Assembly (NCBI GenBank): GCA_032718475.1
Contig: JAUCBJ010009153.1
Location: forward strand, 1 to 64,000
Origin: Nemertoderma westbladi
Taxonomy: Eukaryota > Animalia > Xenacoelomorpha
Length of the DNA: 64,000 bases
Direction: 5' to 3'
The notes below the pieces were generated by a model. The model saw only the letters and a program-made list of their open reading frames with translations, did no database searches and had not been told where the DNA came from. This document shows positions 8,293-21,800 of this stretch, in pieces (position 1 is the first letter of the stretch; each line of letters starts with the position of its first letter). The position numbers and the translations under genes are program-made.

Positions 8293-11200
8293 AGTTCGGC
8301 ACTCTGCCGGTACTACCTAGTAAAACAAACAAAGTGCGGCACTCTACCAGTACTACCTAGTAAAACAAACAAAGTGCGGCACTCTACCGGTACTACCTAG
8401 TAAAACAAAGAAAGTCCGGCACTCTACCAGTACTACCTAGTAAAACAAACAAAGTGCGACACTCTACCAGTACTACCTAGTAAAACTCAAAGTCCGGCAC
8501 TCTACCAGTACTACCTAGTAAAACAAACAAAGTGCGGCACTCTACCAGTACTACCTAGTAAAACAAACAAAGTGCGGCACTCTACCAGTACTACCCAGTA
8601 AAACAAACAAAGTGCGGCACTCTACCAGTACTACCTAGTAAAACAAACAAAGTGCGGCACTCTACCAGTACTACCTAGTAAAACAAACAAAGTGCGGCAC
8701 TCTACCAGTACTACCCAGTAAAACAAACAAAGTGCGGCACTCTACCAGTACTACCTAGTAAAACAAACAAAGTCCGGCACTCTACCAGTACTACCTAGTA
8801 AAACAAACAAAGTGCGGCACTCTACCAGTACTACCCAGTAAAACAAACAAAGTGCGGCACTCTACCAGTACTACCTAGTAAAACAAACAAAGTGCGGCAC
8901 TCTACCAGTACTACCTAGTAAAACAAACAAAGTGCGGCACTCTACCAGTACTACCTAGTAAAACAAACAAAGTGCGGCACTCTGCCGGTACTACCTAGTA
9001 AAACAAACAAAGTGCGGCACTCTACCAGTACTACCTAGTAAAACTCAAAGTCCGGCACTCTACCAGTACTACCTAGTAAAACAAACAAAGTGCGGCACTC
9101 TACCAGTACTACCTAGTAAAACAAACAAAGTGCGGCACTCTACCAGTACTACCCAGTAAAACAAACAAAGTGCGGCACTCTACCAGTACTACCTAGTAAA
9201 ACAAACAAAGTGCGGCACTCTACCAGTACTACCTAGTAAAACAAATAAAGTGCGGCACTCTACCGGTACTACCTAGTAAAACAAACAAAGTGCGGCACTC
9301 TACCAGTACTACCTAGTAAAACAAACAAAGTGCGGCACTCTACCAGTACTACCTAGTAAAACAAACAAAGTGCGGCACTCTACCACCAGTACTACCTAGT
9401 AAAACTCAAAGTTCGGCACTTTACCAGTACTACCTAGTAAAACAAACAAAGTGCGGCACTCTACCGGTACTACCTAGTAAAACAAACAAAGTCCGGCATT
9501 CTACCAGTACTACCTAGTAAAACAAACAAAGTGCGGCACTCTACCGGTACTACCTAGTAAAACAAACAAAGTCCGGCACTCTACCAGTACTACCTAGTAA
9601 AACAAACAAAGTGCGGCACTCTACCAGTACTACCCAGTAAAACAAACAAAGTGCGGCACTCTACCAGTACTACCCAGTAAAACAAACAAAGTTCGGCACT
9701 CTATCAGTAATACCTAGTAAAACAAACAAAGTGCGGCACTCTACCGGTACTACCTAGTGAAACTCAAAGTCCGGCACTCTACCAGTACTACCTAGTAAAA
9801 CAAACAAAGTGCGGCACTCTACCAGTACTACCTAGTAAAACAAACAAAGTGCGGCACTCTACCAGTACTACCCAGTAAAGCAAACAAAGTGCGGCACTCT
9901 ACCAGTACTACCCAGTGAAACAAACAAAGTGCGGCACTCTACCGGTACTATCTAGTAAAACAAACAAAGTGCGGCACTCTACCAGTACTACCCAGTAAAG
10001 CAAACAAAGTTCGGCACTCTGCCGGTACTACCTAGTAAAACAAACAAAGTGCGGCGCTCTACCAGTACTACCTAGTAAAACAAACAAAGTGCGGCACTCT
10101 ACCGGTACTACCTAGTAAAACAAACAAAGTCCGGCACTCTACCAGTACTACCTAGTAAAACAAACAAAGTGCGACACTCTACCAGTACTACCTAGTGAAA
10201 CTCAAAGTCCGGCACTCTACCAGTACTACCTAGTAAAACAAACAAAGTGCGGCACTCTACCAGTACTACCCAGTAAAGCAAACAAAGTTCGGCACTCTGC
10301 CGGTACTACCTAGTAAAACAAACAAAGTGCGGCGCTCTACCAGTACTACCTAGTAAAACAAACAAAGTGCGGCACTCTACCGGTACTACCTAGTAAAACA
10401 AACAAAGTCTGGCACTCTACCAGTACTACCTAGTAAAACAAACAAAGTGCGACACTCTACCAGTACTACCTAGTAAAACAAACAAAGTGCGACACTCTAC
10501 CAGTACTACCTAGTGAAACAAACAAAGTTCGGCACTCTGCCGGTACTACCTAGTAAAACAAACAAAGTGCAGCGCTCTACCAGTACTACCTAGTAAAACA
10601 AACAAAGTGCGGCACTCTACCGGTACTACCTAGTAAAACAAACAAAGTCCGGCACTCTACCAGTACTACCTAGTAAAACAAACAAAGTGCGACACTCTAC
10701 CAGTACTACCTAGTAAAACTCAAAGTCCGGCACTCTACCAGTACTACCTAGTAAAACAAACAAAGTGCGGCACTCTACCAGTACTACCCAGTAAAGCAAA
10801 CAAAGTTCGGCACTCTGCCGGTACTACCTAGTAAAACAAACAAAGTGCAGCGCTCTACCAGTACTACCTAGTAAAACAAACAAAGTGCGGCACTCTACCG
10901 GTACTACCTAGTAAAACAAACAAAGTCCGGCACTCTACCAGTACTACCTAGTAAAACAAACAAAGTGCGACACTCTACCAGTACTACCTAGTAAAACTCA
11001 AAGTCCGGCACTCTACCAGTACTACCTAGTAAAACAAACAAAGTGCGGCACTCTACCAGTACTACCTAGTAAAACAAACAAAGTGCGGCACTCTACCAGT
11101 ACTACCCAGTAAAACAAACAAAGTGCGGCACTCTACCAGTACTACCTAGTAAAACAAACAAAGTGCGGCACTCTACCAGTACTACCTATTAAAACAAACA

Positions 11201-14200
11201 AAGTGCGGCACTCTACCAGTACTACCTAGTAAAACAAACAAAGTGCGGCACTCTACCGGTACTACCTAGTAAAACAAACAAAGTCCGGCACTCTACCAGT
11301 ACTACCTAGTAAAACAAACAAAGTGCGGCACTCTACCAGTACTACCTAGTAAAACTCAAAGTCCGGCACTCTACCAGTACTACCTAGTAAAACAAACAAA
11401 GTCCGGCACTCTACCAGTACTAATTAGTAAAACAAACAAAGTGCGGCACTCTACCAGTACTACCTAGTAAAACAAACAAAGTGCGGCACTCTACCAGTAC
11501 TACCTAGTAAAACTCAAAGTCCGGCACTCTACCAGTACTACCTAGTAAAACAAACAAAGTGCGGCACTCTACCAGTACTACCTAGTAAAACAAACAAAGT
11601 GCGGCACTCTACCAGTACTACCCAGTAAAACAAACAAAGTGCGGCACTCTACCAGTACTACCTAGTAAAACAAACAAAGTGCGGCACTCTACCAGTACTA
11701 CCTATTAAAACAAATAAAGTGCGGCACTCTACCGGTACTACCTAGTAAAACAAACAAAGTGCGGCACTCTACCAGTACTACCTAGTAAAACAAACAAAGT
11801 GCGGCACTCTACCAGTACTACCTAGTAAAACAAACAAAGTGCGGCACTCTACCGGTACTACCTAGTAAAACAAACAAAGTCCGGCACTCTACCAGTACTA
11901 CCTAGTAAAACAAACAAAGTGCGGCACTCTACCAGTACTACCTAGTAAAACTCAAAGTCCGGCACTCTACCAGTACTACCTAGTAAAACAAACAAAGTCC
12001 GGCACTCTACCAGTACTAATTAGTAAAACAAACAAAGTGCGGCACTCTACCAGTACTACCTAGTAAAACAAACAAAGTGCGGCACTCTACCAGTACTACC
12101 TAGTAAAACTCAAAGTCCGGCACTCTACCAGTACTACCTAGTAAAACAAACAAAGTGCGGCACTCTACCAGTACTACCTAGTAAAACAAACAAAGTGCGG
12201 CACTCTACCAGTACTACCCAGTAAAACAAACAAAGTGCGGCACTCTACCAGTACTACCTAGTAAAACAAACAAAGTGCGGCACTCTACCAGTACTACCTA
12301 GTAAAACAAATAAAGTGCGGCACTCTACCAGTACTACCCAGTAAAGCAAACAAAGTTCGGCACTCTGCCGGTACTACCTAGTAAAACAAACAAAGTGCAG
12401 CGCTCTACCAGTACTACCTAGTAAAACAAACAAAGTGCGGCACTCTACCGGTACTACCTAGTAAAACAAACAAAGTCCGGCACTCTACCAGTACTACCTA
12501 GTAAAACAAACAAAGTGCGACACTCTACCAGTACTACCTAGTAAAACTCAAAGTCCGGCACTCTACCAGTACTACCTAGTAAAACAAACAAAGTGCGGCA
12601 CTCTACCAGTACTACCCAGTAAAGCAAACAAAGTTCGGCACTCTGCCGGTACTACCTAGTAAAACAAACAAAGTGCAGCGCTCTACCAGTACTACCTAGT
12701 AAAACAAACAAAGTGCGGCACTCTACCGGTACTACCTAGTAAAACAAACAAAGTCCGGCACTCTACCAGTACTACCTAGTAAAACAAACAAAGTGCGACA
12801 CTCTACCAGTACTACCTAGTAAAACTCAAAGTCCGGCACTCTACCAGTACTACCTAGTAAAACAAACAAAGTGCGGCACTCTACCAGTACTACCTAGTAA
12901 AACAAACAAAGTGCGGCACTCTACCAGTACTACCCAGTAAAACAAACAAAGTGCGGCACTCTACCAGTACTACCTAGTAAAACAAACAAAGTGCGGCACT
13001 CTACCAGTACTACCTAGTAAAACAAACAAAGTGCGGCACTCTACCAGTACTACCTAGTAAAACAAACAAAGTGCGGCACTCTACCGGTACTACCTAGTAA
13101 AACAAACAAAGTCCGGCACTCTACCAGTACTACCTAGTAAAACAAACAAAGTGCGGCACTCTACCAGTACTACCTAGTAAAACTCAAAGTCCGGCACTCT
13201 ACCAGTACTACCTAGTAAAACAAACAAAGTCCGGCACTCTACCAGTACTAATTAGTAAAACAAACAAAGTGCGGCACTCTACCAGTACTACCTAGTAAAA
13301 CAAACAAAGTGCGGCACTCTACCAGTACTACCTAGTAAAACTCAAAGTCCGGCACTCTACCAGTACTACCTAGTAAAACAAACAAAGTGCGGCACTCTAC
13401 CAGTACTACCTAGTAAAACAAACAAAGTGCGGCACTCTACCAGTACTACCCAGTAAAACAAACAAAGTGCGGCACTCTACCAGTACTACCTAGTAAAACA
13501 AACAAAGTGCGGCACTCTACCAGTACTACCTAGTAAAACAAATAAAGTGAGGCACTCTACCGGTACTACCTAGTAAAACAAACAAAGTGCGGCACTCTAC
13601 CAGTACTACCTAGTAAAACAAACAAAGTGCGGCACTCTACCAGTACTACCTAGTAAAACAAACAAAGTGCGGCACTCTACCGGTACTACCTAGTAAAACA
13701 AACAAAGTCCGGCACTCTACCAGTACTACCTAGTAAAACAAACAAAGTGCGGCACTCTACCAGTACTACCTAGTAAAACTCAAAGTCCGGCACTCTACCA
13801 GTACTACCTAGTAAAACAAACAAAGTCCGGCACTCTACCAGTACTAATTAGTAAAACAAACAAAGTGCGGCACTCTACCAGTACTACCTAGTAAAACAAA
13901 CAAAGTGCGGCACTCTACCAGTACTACCTAGTAAAACTCAAAGTCCGGCACTCTACCAGTACTACCTAGTAAAACAAACAAAGTGCGGCACTCTACCAGT
14001 ACTACCTAGTAAAACAAACAAAGTGCGGCACTCTACCAGTACTACCCAGTAAAACAAACAAAGTGCGGCACTCTACCAGTACTACCTAGTAAAACAAACA
14101 AAGTGCGGCACTCTACCAGTACTACCTAGTAAAACAAATAAAGTGCGGCACTCTACCAGTACTACCTAGTAAAACAAACAAAGTGCGGCACTCTACCGGT

Positions 14201-14913
14201 ACTACCTAGTAAAACAAACAAAGTCCGGCACTCTACCAGTACTACCTAGTAAAACAAACAAAGTGCGGCACTCTACCAGTACTACCTAGTAAAACTCAAA
14301 GTCCGGCACTCTACCAGTACTACCTAGTAAAACAAACAAAGTCCGGCACTCTACCAGTACTAATTAGTAAAACAAACAAAGTGCGGCACTCTACCAGTAC
14401 TACCTAGTAAAACAAACAAAGTGCGGCACTCTACCAGTACTACCTAGTAAAACTCAAAGTCCGGCACTCTACCAGTACTACCTAGTAAAACAAACAAAGT
14501 GCGGCACTCTACCAGTACTACCTAGTAAAACAAACAAAGTGCGGCACTCTACCAGTACTACCCAGTAAAACAAACAAAGTGCGGCACTCTACCAGTACTA
14601 CCTAGTAAAACAAACAAAGTGCGGCACTCTACCAGTACTACCTAGTAAAACAAATAAAGTGCGGCACTCTACCGGTACTACCTAGTAAAACAAACAAAGT
14701 GCGGCACTCTACCAGTACTACCTAGTAAAACAAACAAAGTGCGGCACTCTACCAGTACTACCTAGTAAAACAAACAAAGTGCGGCACTCTACCGGTACTA
14801 CCTAGTAAAACAAACAAAGTCCGGCACTCTACCAGTACTACCTAGTAAAACAAACAAAGTGCGGCACTCTACCAGTACTACCTAGTAAAACTCAAAGTCC
14901 GGCACTCTACCAG

Positions 14914-14914
<1 letters not shown>
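8293..14914 (+). repeat. 40/38-bp satellite array (block 2) with 278-, 596- and 1828-bp higher-order periodicity
   Basis: Same monomer; diagnostic variants TAATTAG at 11421, 12017, 13249, 13845, 14361 and GCAGCGCT at 10569, 10847, 12397, 12675. Confidence 0.99.
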
Positions 14915-14948
<34 letters not shown>

Positions 14949-16604
14949 TGTATTCTAATATCATAAATGTTACGGCAATTAAACACAATAACAACATTTA
15001 AGCACATTCATTAGCCTAATATTACAAACATAATTATAAACTAATTTTTTATTATTAATTAATCTTACCGGTAAATTTATTAAATCATCAAAATGAGCAA
15101 TTATAGACATCTATATTTATAAAAAAAGAAACACCACAAAACTGCAGAACAAAGCATGGTCCCTCCAATCTTACACCACCCGCGCGTCCGCATTGGCTAC
15201 CAAGATTGAGGTATCGGCCATATTGTGCAGAATGGGTCGCCTTAGTGTCGATCTGCTTCCGCGAACACACATTATTACTGAACGTAATAAAGCAAAGCTG
15301 ATTTTGCGGCGAAGCCACTGAATTGCTTCATTGTAGCTGATCTCTCTCTTCACTGCTAACAAATCAGCGAGACGTTTAGTGAAGATACGTGCACTCCAAC
15401 CCATTCCTCCAGTAGCCGCTAGAATGAAGGGACAGAACGTTGACATTTCTACATCCCGAACTCTTTCTTCATATTGGGCCCTCTTTCGGTTCTCGTGATG
15501 GGTATAAGCTCTATCGACACCCAAAGAGGAATTGGATGGTGCTAGGGGGTTAAATACAGAAACATCAATCAACAGTTTCTCATAACGACCTCCCCAGAAA
15601 CCACTGACAGATACATCTAACCGAGCACCCTCATCCCTTGTGGTTGTAGAGCGATGGAATGTTTCCCCAGTGATTGGTTGGAGCACAGGCTCGATTGAGA
15701 TATCATGGGCAACCTCGGTTAATGTGTTGGCGATGAAATCTCTGATTTCATTGTGACGGACCGACGGAAAACCACCTGTGGGGCACGATAAAACGTGGTT
15801 TACTGTGAACCGCGCCCCACAGGCACATTCCGCCGGTGTCGCCTGCAACTGCCATCCGAACCTAAGCTGGATCGCATCCCTGAACTCTGACTTTGTGAGG
15901 TGATAGTTGTGCTGGGTTGATGGTCTGGTGTTGAGCCAAGCCGATGCCCCCTTCTGTGAAGATAAGATTCGTAGTTGTTCCTGAACTGGGGATATTGCGA
16001 CCTGTATACTTTGTATTTCTTCTGCGACCCTTATGTTTTGCTCCGATTTGATAGCTTTGGATGTTTCTTTCTGTTTTTCCCTGACATCGGCCATTGTATC
16101 TGTTGGAAGTCGCTCCATCAATGGCTCACTGATGGCTCTTGAGTTATCGTATTCCTTACTAAGATCTGATGGAATGGGTATGCCTAGTCCTCCCAATCTT
16201 GTTGGCAGCGCTATTAGTTTCTGTTCGGTTTCAGATAAGTTTACTCTGTTCCCCAGTTTCATTAGGAAAGTCTTGACTGCCTCGTCGAGTGGTGCCAATA
16301 GCAGCTCGATGTTGGGGATTACCCGACAAATGAACCGCCACTTCGCAGAGAGTCCAAACGAAAGACAGGTAAATGCACAATGCGGGTCAATGTCTGCGAT
16401 CGGACTCAATCGCTCCACCTGTCGAACAAAAGACTCGACCTTATCAAGAACAAACTGCCGAATGGAATCGTCACTACCAACTGCACCGCCCAGGATCCTA
16501 TGACCACCTGCAGATATCTGCACATTGGTTCCTGCAAACAGCATCCTCGCCTCTTCTAATAACTCGGGTTTTACTATTAACCAAGTTTTTGAGGCATTTG
16601 GAAC
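14915..16604 (-). mobile_element. 5'-truncated CRE-clade (RLE-type) non-LTR retrotransposon, family A
   Basis: ~25-nt poly(A) tail (poly-T on + to 14939); TSD CTACCAGT at 14907-14914 and 16605-16612; ORF cut within the RT. Confidence 0.93.
15171..16604 (-). pseudogene. C-terminal part of CRE-like ORF: end of RT, CCHC knuckle, restriction-like endonuclease
   Basis: Frame open to the truncation point (VPNASKTWLIVKPE...); LPTRLGGLGI; CACGARFTVNHVLSC; RHNEIRD; RLDV...DVSV...HENRKRAQY. Confidence 0.92.
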
Positions 16605-18657
16605 CTACCAGTACTACCTAGTAAAACAAACAAAGTCCGGCACTCTACCAGTACTAATTAGTAAAACAAACAAAGTGCGGCACTCTACAAGTACTACCTA
16701 GTAAAACAAACAAAGTGCGGCACTCTACCAGTACTACCTAGTAAAACTCAAAGTTCGGCACTTTACCAGTACTACCTAGTAAAACAAACAAAGTGCGGCA
16801 CTCTACCGGTACTACCTAGTAAAACAAACAAAGTCCGGCATTCTACCAGTACTACCTAGTAAAACAAACAAAGTGCGGCACTCTACCAGTACTACCTAGT
16901 AAAACTCAAAGTCCGGCACTCTACCAGTACTACCTAGTAAAACAAACAAAGTGCGGCACTCTACCAGTACCACCTAGTAAAACAAACAAAGTTCGGCACT
17001 CTATCAGTACTACCTAGTAAAACAAACAAAGTGCGGCACTCTACCGGTACTACCTAGTGAAACTCAAAGTCCGGCACTCTACCAGTACTACCTAGTAAAA
17101 CAAACAAAGTGCGGCACTCTACCAGTACTACCCAGTTAAACAAACAAAGTGCGGCACTCTACCAGTACTACCCAGTGAAACAAACAAAGTGCGGCACTCT
17201 ACCAGTACTACCGAGTAAAACAAACAAAGTGCGGCACTCTACCAGTACTACCTAGTGAAACAAACAAAGTTCGGCACTCTACCGGTACTACCTAGTAAAA
17301 CTCAAAGTTCGGCACTCTACCAGTACTACCTAGTGAAACAAACAAAGTTCGGCACTCTACCAGTACTACCTAGTGAAACTCAAAGTCCGGCACTCTACCA
17401 GTACTACCTAGTAAAACAAACAAAGTTCGGCACTCTACCAGTACTACCTAGTAAAACAAACAAAGTGCGGCACTCTACCAGTACTACCTAGTAAAACAAA
17501 CAAAGTCCGGCACTCTACCAGTACTACCTAGTAAAACAAACAAAGTGCGGCACTCTACCGGTACTACCTAGTAAAACAAACAAAGTGCGGCACTCTACCA
17601 GTACTACCTAGTAAAACAAACAAAGTGCGGCACTCTACCAGTACTACCTAGTAAAACTCAAAGTCCGGCACTCTACCAGTACTACCTAGTAAAACAACCA
17701 AAGTTCGGCACTCTACCAGTACTACCTAGTGAAACTCAAAGTTCGGCCATCTACCAGTACTACCTAGTAAAACAAACAAAGTGCGGCACTCTACCAGTAC
17801 TACCAAGTGAAACAAACAAAGTTCGGCACTCTACCAGTACTACCTAGTAAAACAAACAAAGTGCGGCACTCTACCAGTACTACATGGTGAAACAAACAAA
17901 GTTCGGCACTCTACCAGTACTACCTAGTGAAACTCAAAGTCCGGCACTCTACCAGTACTACCTAGTAAAACAAAGAAAGTGCGGCACTCTATCAGTACTA
18001 CCTAGTAAAACTCAAAGTCCGGCACTCTACCAGTACTACCTAGTAAAACAAACAAAGTGTGGCAGTCTACCAGTACTACCTAGTAAAACAAACAAAGTGC
18101 GGCACTCTACCGGTACTACCTAGTAAAACAAACAAAGTTCGGCACTCTACCAGTACTACCTAGTAAAACAAACAAAGTGCGGCACTCTACCAGTACTACC
18201 TAGTAAAACTCAAAGTCCGGCACTCTACCAGTACTACCTAGTAAAACAAACAAAGTGCGGCACTCTACCAGTACTACCTAGTAAAACAAACAAAGTGCGG
18301 CACTCTACCAGTACTACCCAGTAAAACAAACAAAGTGCGGCACTCTACCAGTACTACCTAGTAAAACAAACAAAGTGCGGCACTCTACCAGTACTACCTA
18401 GTAAAACAAACAAAGTGCGGCTCTCTACCAGTACTACCTAGTAAAACAAACAAAGTGCGGCACTCTACCGGTACTACCTAGTAAAACAAACAAAGTCCGG
18501 CACTCTACCAGTACTACCTAGTAAAACAAACAAAGTGCGGCACTCTACCAGTACTACCTAGTAAAACTCAAAGTCCGGCACTCTACCAGTACTACCTAGT
18601 AAAACAAACAAAGTCCGGCACTCTACCAGTACTACCTAGTAAAACAAACAAAGTGCG
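16605..18657 (+). repeat. 40/38-bp satellite array (block 3)
   Basis: Same monomer in tandem. Confidence 0.99.
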
Positions 18658-18819
18658 AGTAACTGGGGGAGGTTGGTAAGGTACGGGTACGATTAATCGC
18701 TCACTCTGCTATACTTACTGCTGTACTGACGGACTGAGGCTGACAGATAGCAGACACCTTGGCGCCAATATTAGGATCCTTGGCTGCGGTTTTGGTTATT
18801 TGGTTTTTGGGTTTTGGAA

Positions 18820-21800
18820 ATGGGGAGGTGTTGTGGGTGCAATAACTTGACTGGCAAATGCAAGACATGCGTTTGCGCTCACGCCAAGCGGGCCTGCGAA
18901 AAGTGTGGTCCGGGGACAACAGGGCGGTGCGAAAACCCCTTCGGAACCGGCCAATCCTGTTCTCAGCCGACAGCGGCAGCGTTGTCAACAGTTGACTGTC
19001 AGGTGGCGCCTGCACGCATATCTTCCTCGCAACCGTTGGATCTGAATGTTACCTCTCCAGATGATACCCTAACGGATCTAGACTCTCGGTCCAAACGGGG
19101 CCGATCAACCCGACATCACGGCGCCTGATGCTGGGGTGACCGAGGTCGTGGGATCCACAGAGGAGTTGAATGGCGCCGAACTGTCTACAGCGCCGCCAAC
19201 AAGTGCAGCCTCGTCTACAGCCCCCCCGACCGGCGCTGCCTCGGCTACAGCGCCCCCGACAGGCGCCGCCTCGTCTACCGCGCCCCCGACAGGCGCCGCC
19301 TCGGCTACAGCGCCCCCGACAGGCGCCGCCACGTCTACAGCGCCACCGGCGGGCGCCACCTCGGCCACAGCGCCCCCGACAGGCGCCGCCTCGTCTACTG
19401 CACCCCCGACAGGCGCCGCCTCGGATACAGCGCCCCCAACAGCCGCCGCCTCGTCTACAGTGCCCGTGACAGGCGCCTCCTCGTCTACAGCGCCCCGAAC
19501 TGGCGCCGTCTCGATTACAGCGACCCCGACAGTTGCCTCCTCGTCCACAGCGCCCACGACAGGCGCCGCCTTTCCTAGCCCACTATCTAAGTCCTGGCCC
19601 CCATGTAATACTGCATCACAGAATTATGGACCCCACGCGGACCCAGACGAACTCATGTTAAGAGCATTTGGCGCCACACTTGTGGGCAAAGGGACCCCAC
19701 CTGATGGGCTAATGGATCAATGGCGACGGATAACCCAACTAAAAGGGTCTAAATATCGACTGCCCGGAGGCGCTATAGGGCGGGATGTAGTCTCGCTCTT
19801 GGACGCAGAGGCCAAGGCCTTTGTTTCCGGTCTGAACCACAATGCGACCAACGCTCGCTCTGAGAGACTACTACTAGCCGACTCCCTCATCCTACACCGC
19901 GATCCGAAGGTAACCAAGGCCGCAGACATACGACGGCTAATAAGCCGGAGGTTGGGGATGTGGCGCTCCAGCCAGGTAGAGATGTTGGTCGTCGAGGCTG
20001 AACGCTGCTCACTGCGAATTGGCTCCAACAGGCGATCAACCACGAAGTCGAACCAGCAGGAAAAAGAACAGACCATTCGAATTTTCTCTAGGCTCATGAT
20101 GGAAGGGAAGGTAAGGAGTGCTGTTCGCTGGGTCACGGGGCGTGAGACCGGTAGTGTTCTAGATCCGGAATCGGAAATTGAAGTAAACCAACAGCGGGTG
20201 AGAGTCCTTGATGTCCTCAGCGAGAAGCATCCAGCAGCAGCTGCACCCAAAGCCGATGCCTTATTAGTGTGTGATGATGAGTTGCCACTTCGGGTTGATG
20301 TCAAGATCACAGCCGCGCACATAGAGTCGACAGCGCGGCGACTGAAAGGGAGTGGTGGGCCAGCCGGTAGCGACTCAACACGCTGGCGGGACTACCTTAT
20401 CCGGTATGGGGCACATAGCCAGCGTTTACGCGAATCTATTGCCTCTATTGCGTGTTCACTTGCTAACAGTGTAGTGCCATGGGAATCAGTTCGGTCGCTG
20501 ATGGCTAGCAGACTTATTGCCCTCGATAAGTGCCCCGGGGTTAGGCCCATAGGCATAGGGGAGTGCCTCCGCCGAATCTTGGGTAGATCAATGGCAGAAG
20601 CAACTGGAGATGATGTCACCACTACGTGTGGCGCAGAGCAGTTATCTGCGGGCGTGATGGCAGGTGTGGAGGCCGGGGTACATTCAATGCGCTCGGTCTT
20701 CGACGAACATAGTGAGGATGGATGGGGCATTATTATGGTTGATGCAGCTAATGCCTTCAATTCGCTGAACCGAGTCGCAGCCTTGTGGAACGTCAGGCAG
20801 CTGTGGCCTCGATGTTCAATGTTTCTCTCCAACTGTTACCGTGGACACAGCATTCTGACAATAAAGGGAACCGATGCTGTGCTGTTCAGCGAAGAGGGTG
20901 TAACACAAGGAGATCCTTTAGCTATGCCTTTTTAGGCTTCAGGCATCCTCCCTTTAATCCACGAGTTGCCATCACTTAAGGTTCGCCAAAGTTGGTTCGC
21001 TGACGACTCTTCTGGTGCCGGAAAGCTCCAGGATATTCTCGAGTGGTACGAGCACTTACTTCGTCTGGGCCCTGCTCTCGGATATTACCCTCAGTCCGCC
21101 AAGAGCTTTCTCGTTGTGGCTCCGGAGTTTCTGGAGGAAGCCCAAAGTGTATTCGCCGAGCACAATATTAACATCGTTACAGGACACCGATTTCTGGGCG
21201 GGTTTATTGGTAGCGAGTCGGAGTGTGTGAAGTATGTCGGCGCCAAAATCGCATCCTGGGTAGCCTCAGTAGACAAGATGGCCGAGGTGGCGGAGGCCCA
21301 ACCCCACGCTGCTTTCTCAGCCGTAGTTTGCTCACTCCAACGGGAGTGGGCATACCTCCAACGCGTTGTCCCAGACTGCAGCAGTCAGTTCGATGTGCTA
21401 GAGGAAGCGATCAGCGATAGGTTCCTGCCGGCAGTCTTCGATGGGCGAATTTCGCAACCAGAACTCAAGTTGTTTGCCCTGTCTCCGCGAATGGGTGGTC
21501 TGGGGTTGCGGAACCCGGTTAACGAGGCCGATACCAACTTTGCTGTATCAGAACTTGGGACACAGTCGCTGGTGAACGCGATCGCCGGGAAGGAGCCATT
21601 CTCCTTAGCCACCCACCTGAAGTGCATGGAGGGAGCGCGCATGACATCTCGGAAAGAGAGGCAGGGTATGGAGAAAGCCCAGCAGGAGGAAGCGTTGGAA
21701 GGAATGGCGGAGCACCAGCGTGTCGCTGTCCAACGGGCGGCGGAGTTCAGGACCGGCGGCTGGCTATCCTCTCTTCCGGTAGCCGAACACCAGTTTGACC

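Noticed and set aside
8293-8340. CENP-B box in TTCGGCACTCTACCGG variants
   Set aside because: Only TTCG matches; the A and CGGG positions of TTCGnnnnAnnCGGG do not align.
18658-18819. HDV-like or hammerhead ribozyme in the 5' UTRs of the CRE or RTEX-like elements
   Set aside because: I could not identify the catalytic core or pseudoknot pairings by eye; an Infernal/RNArobo search would be needed.
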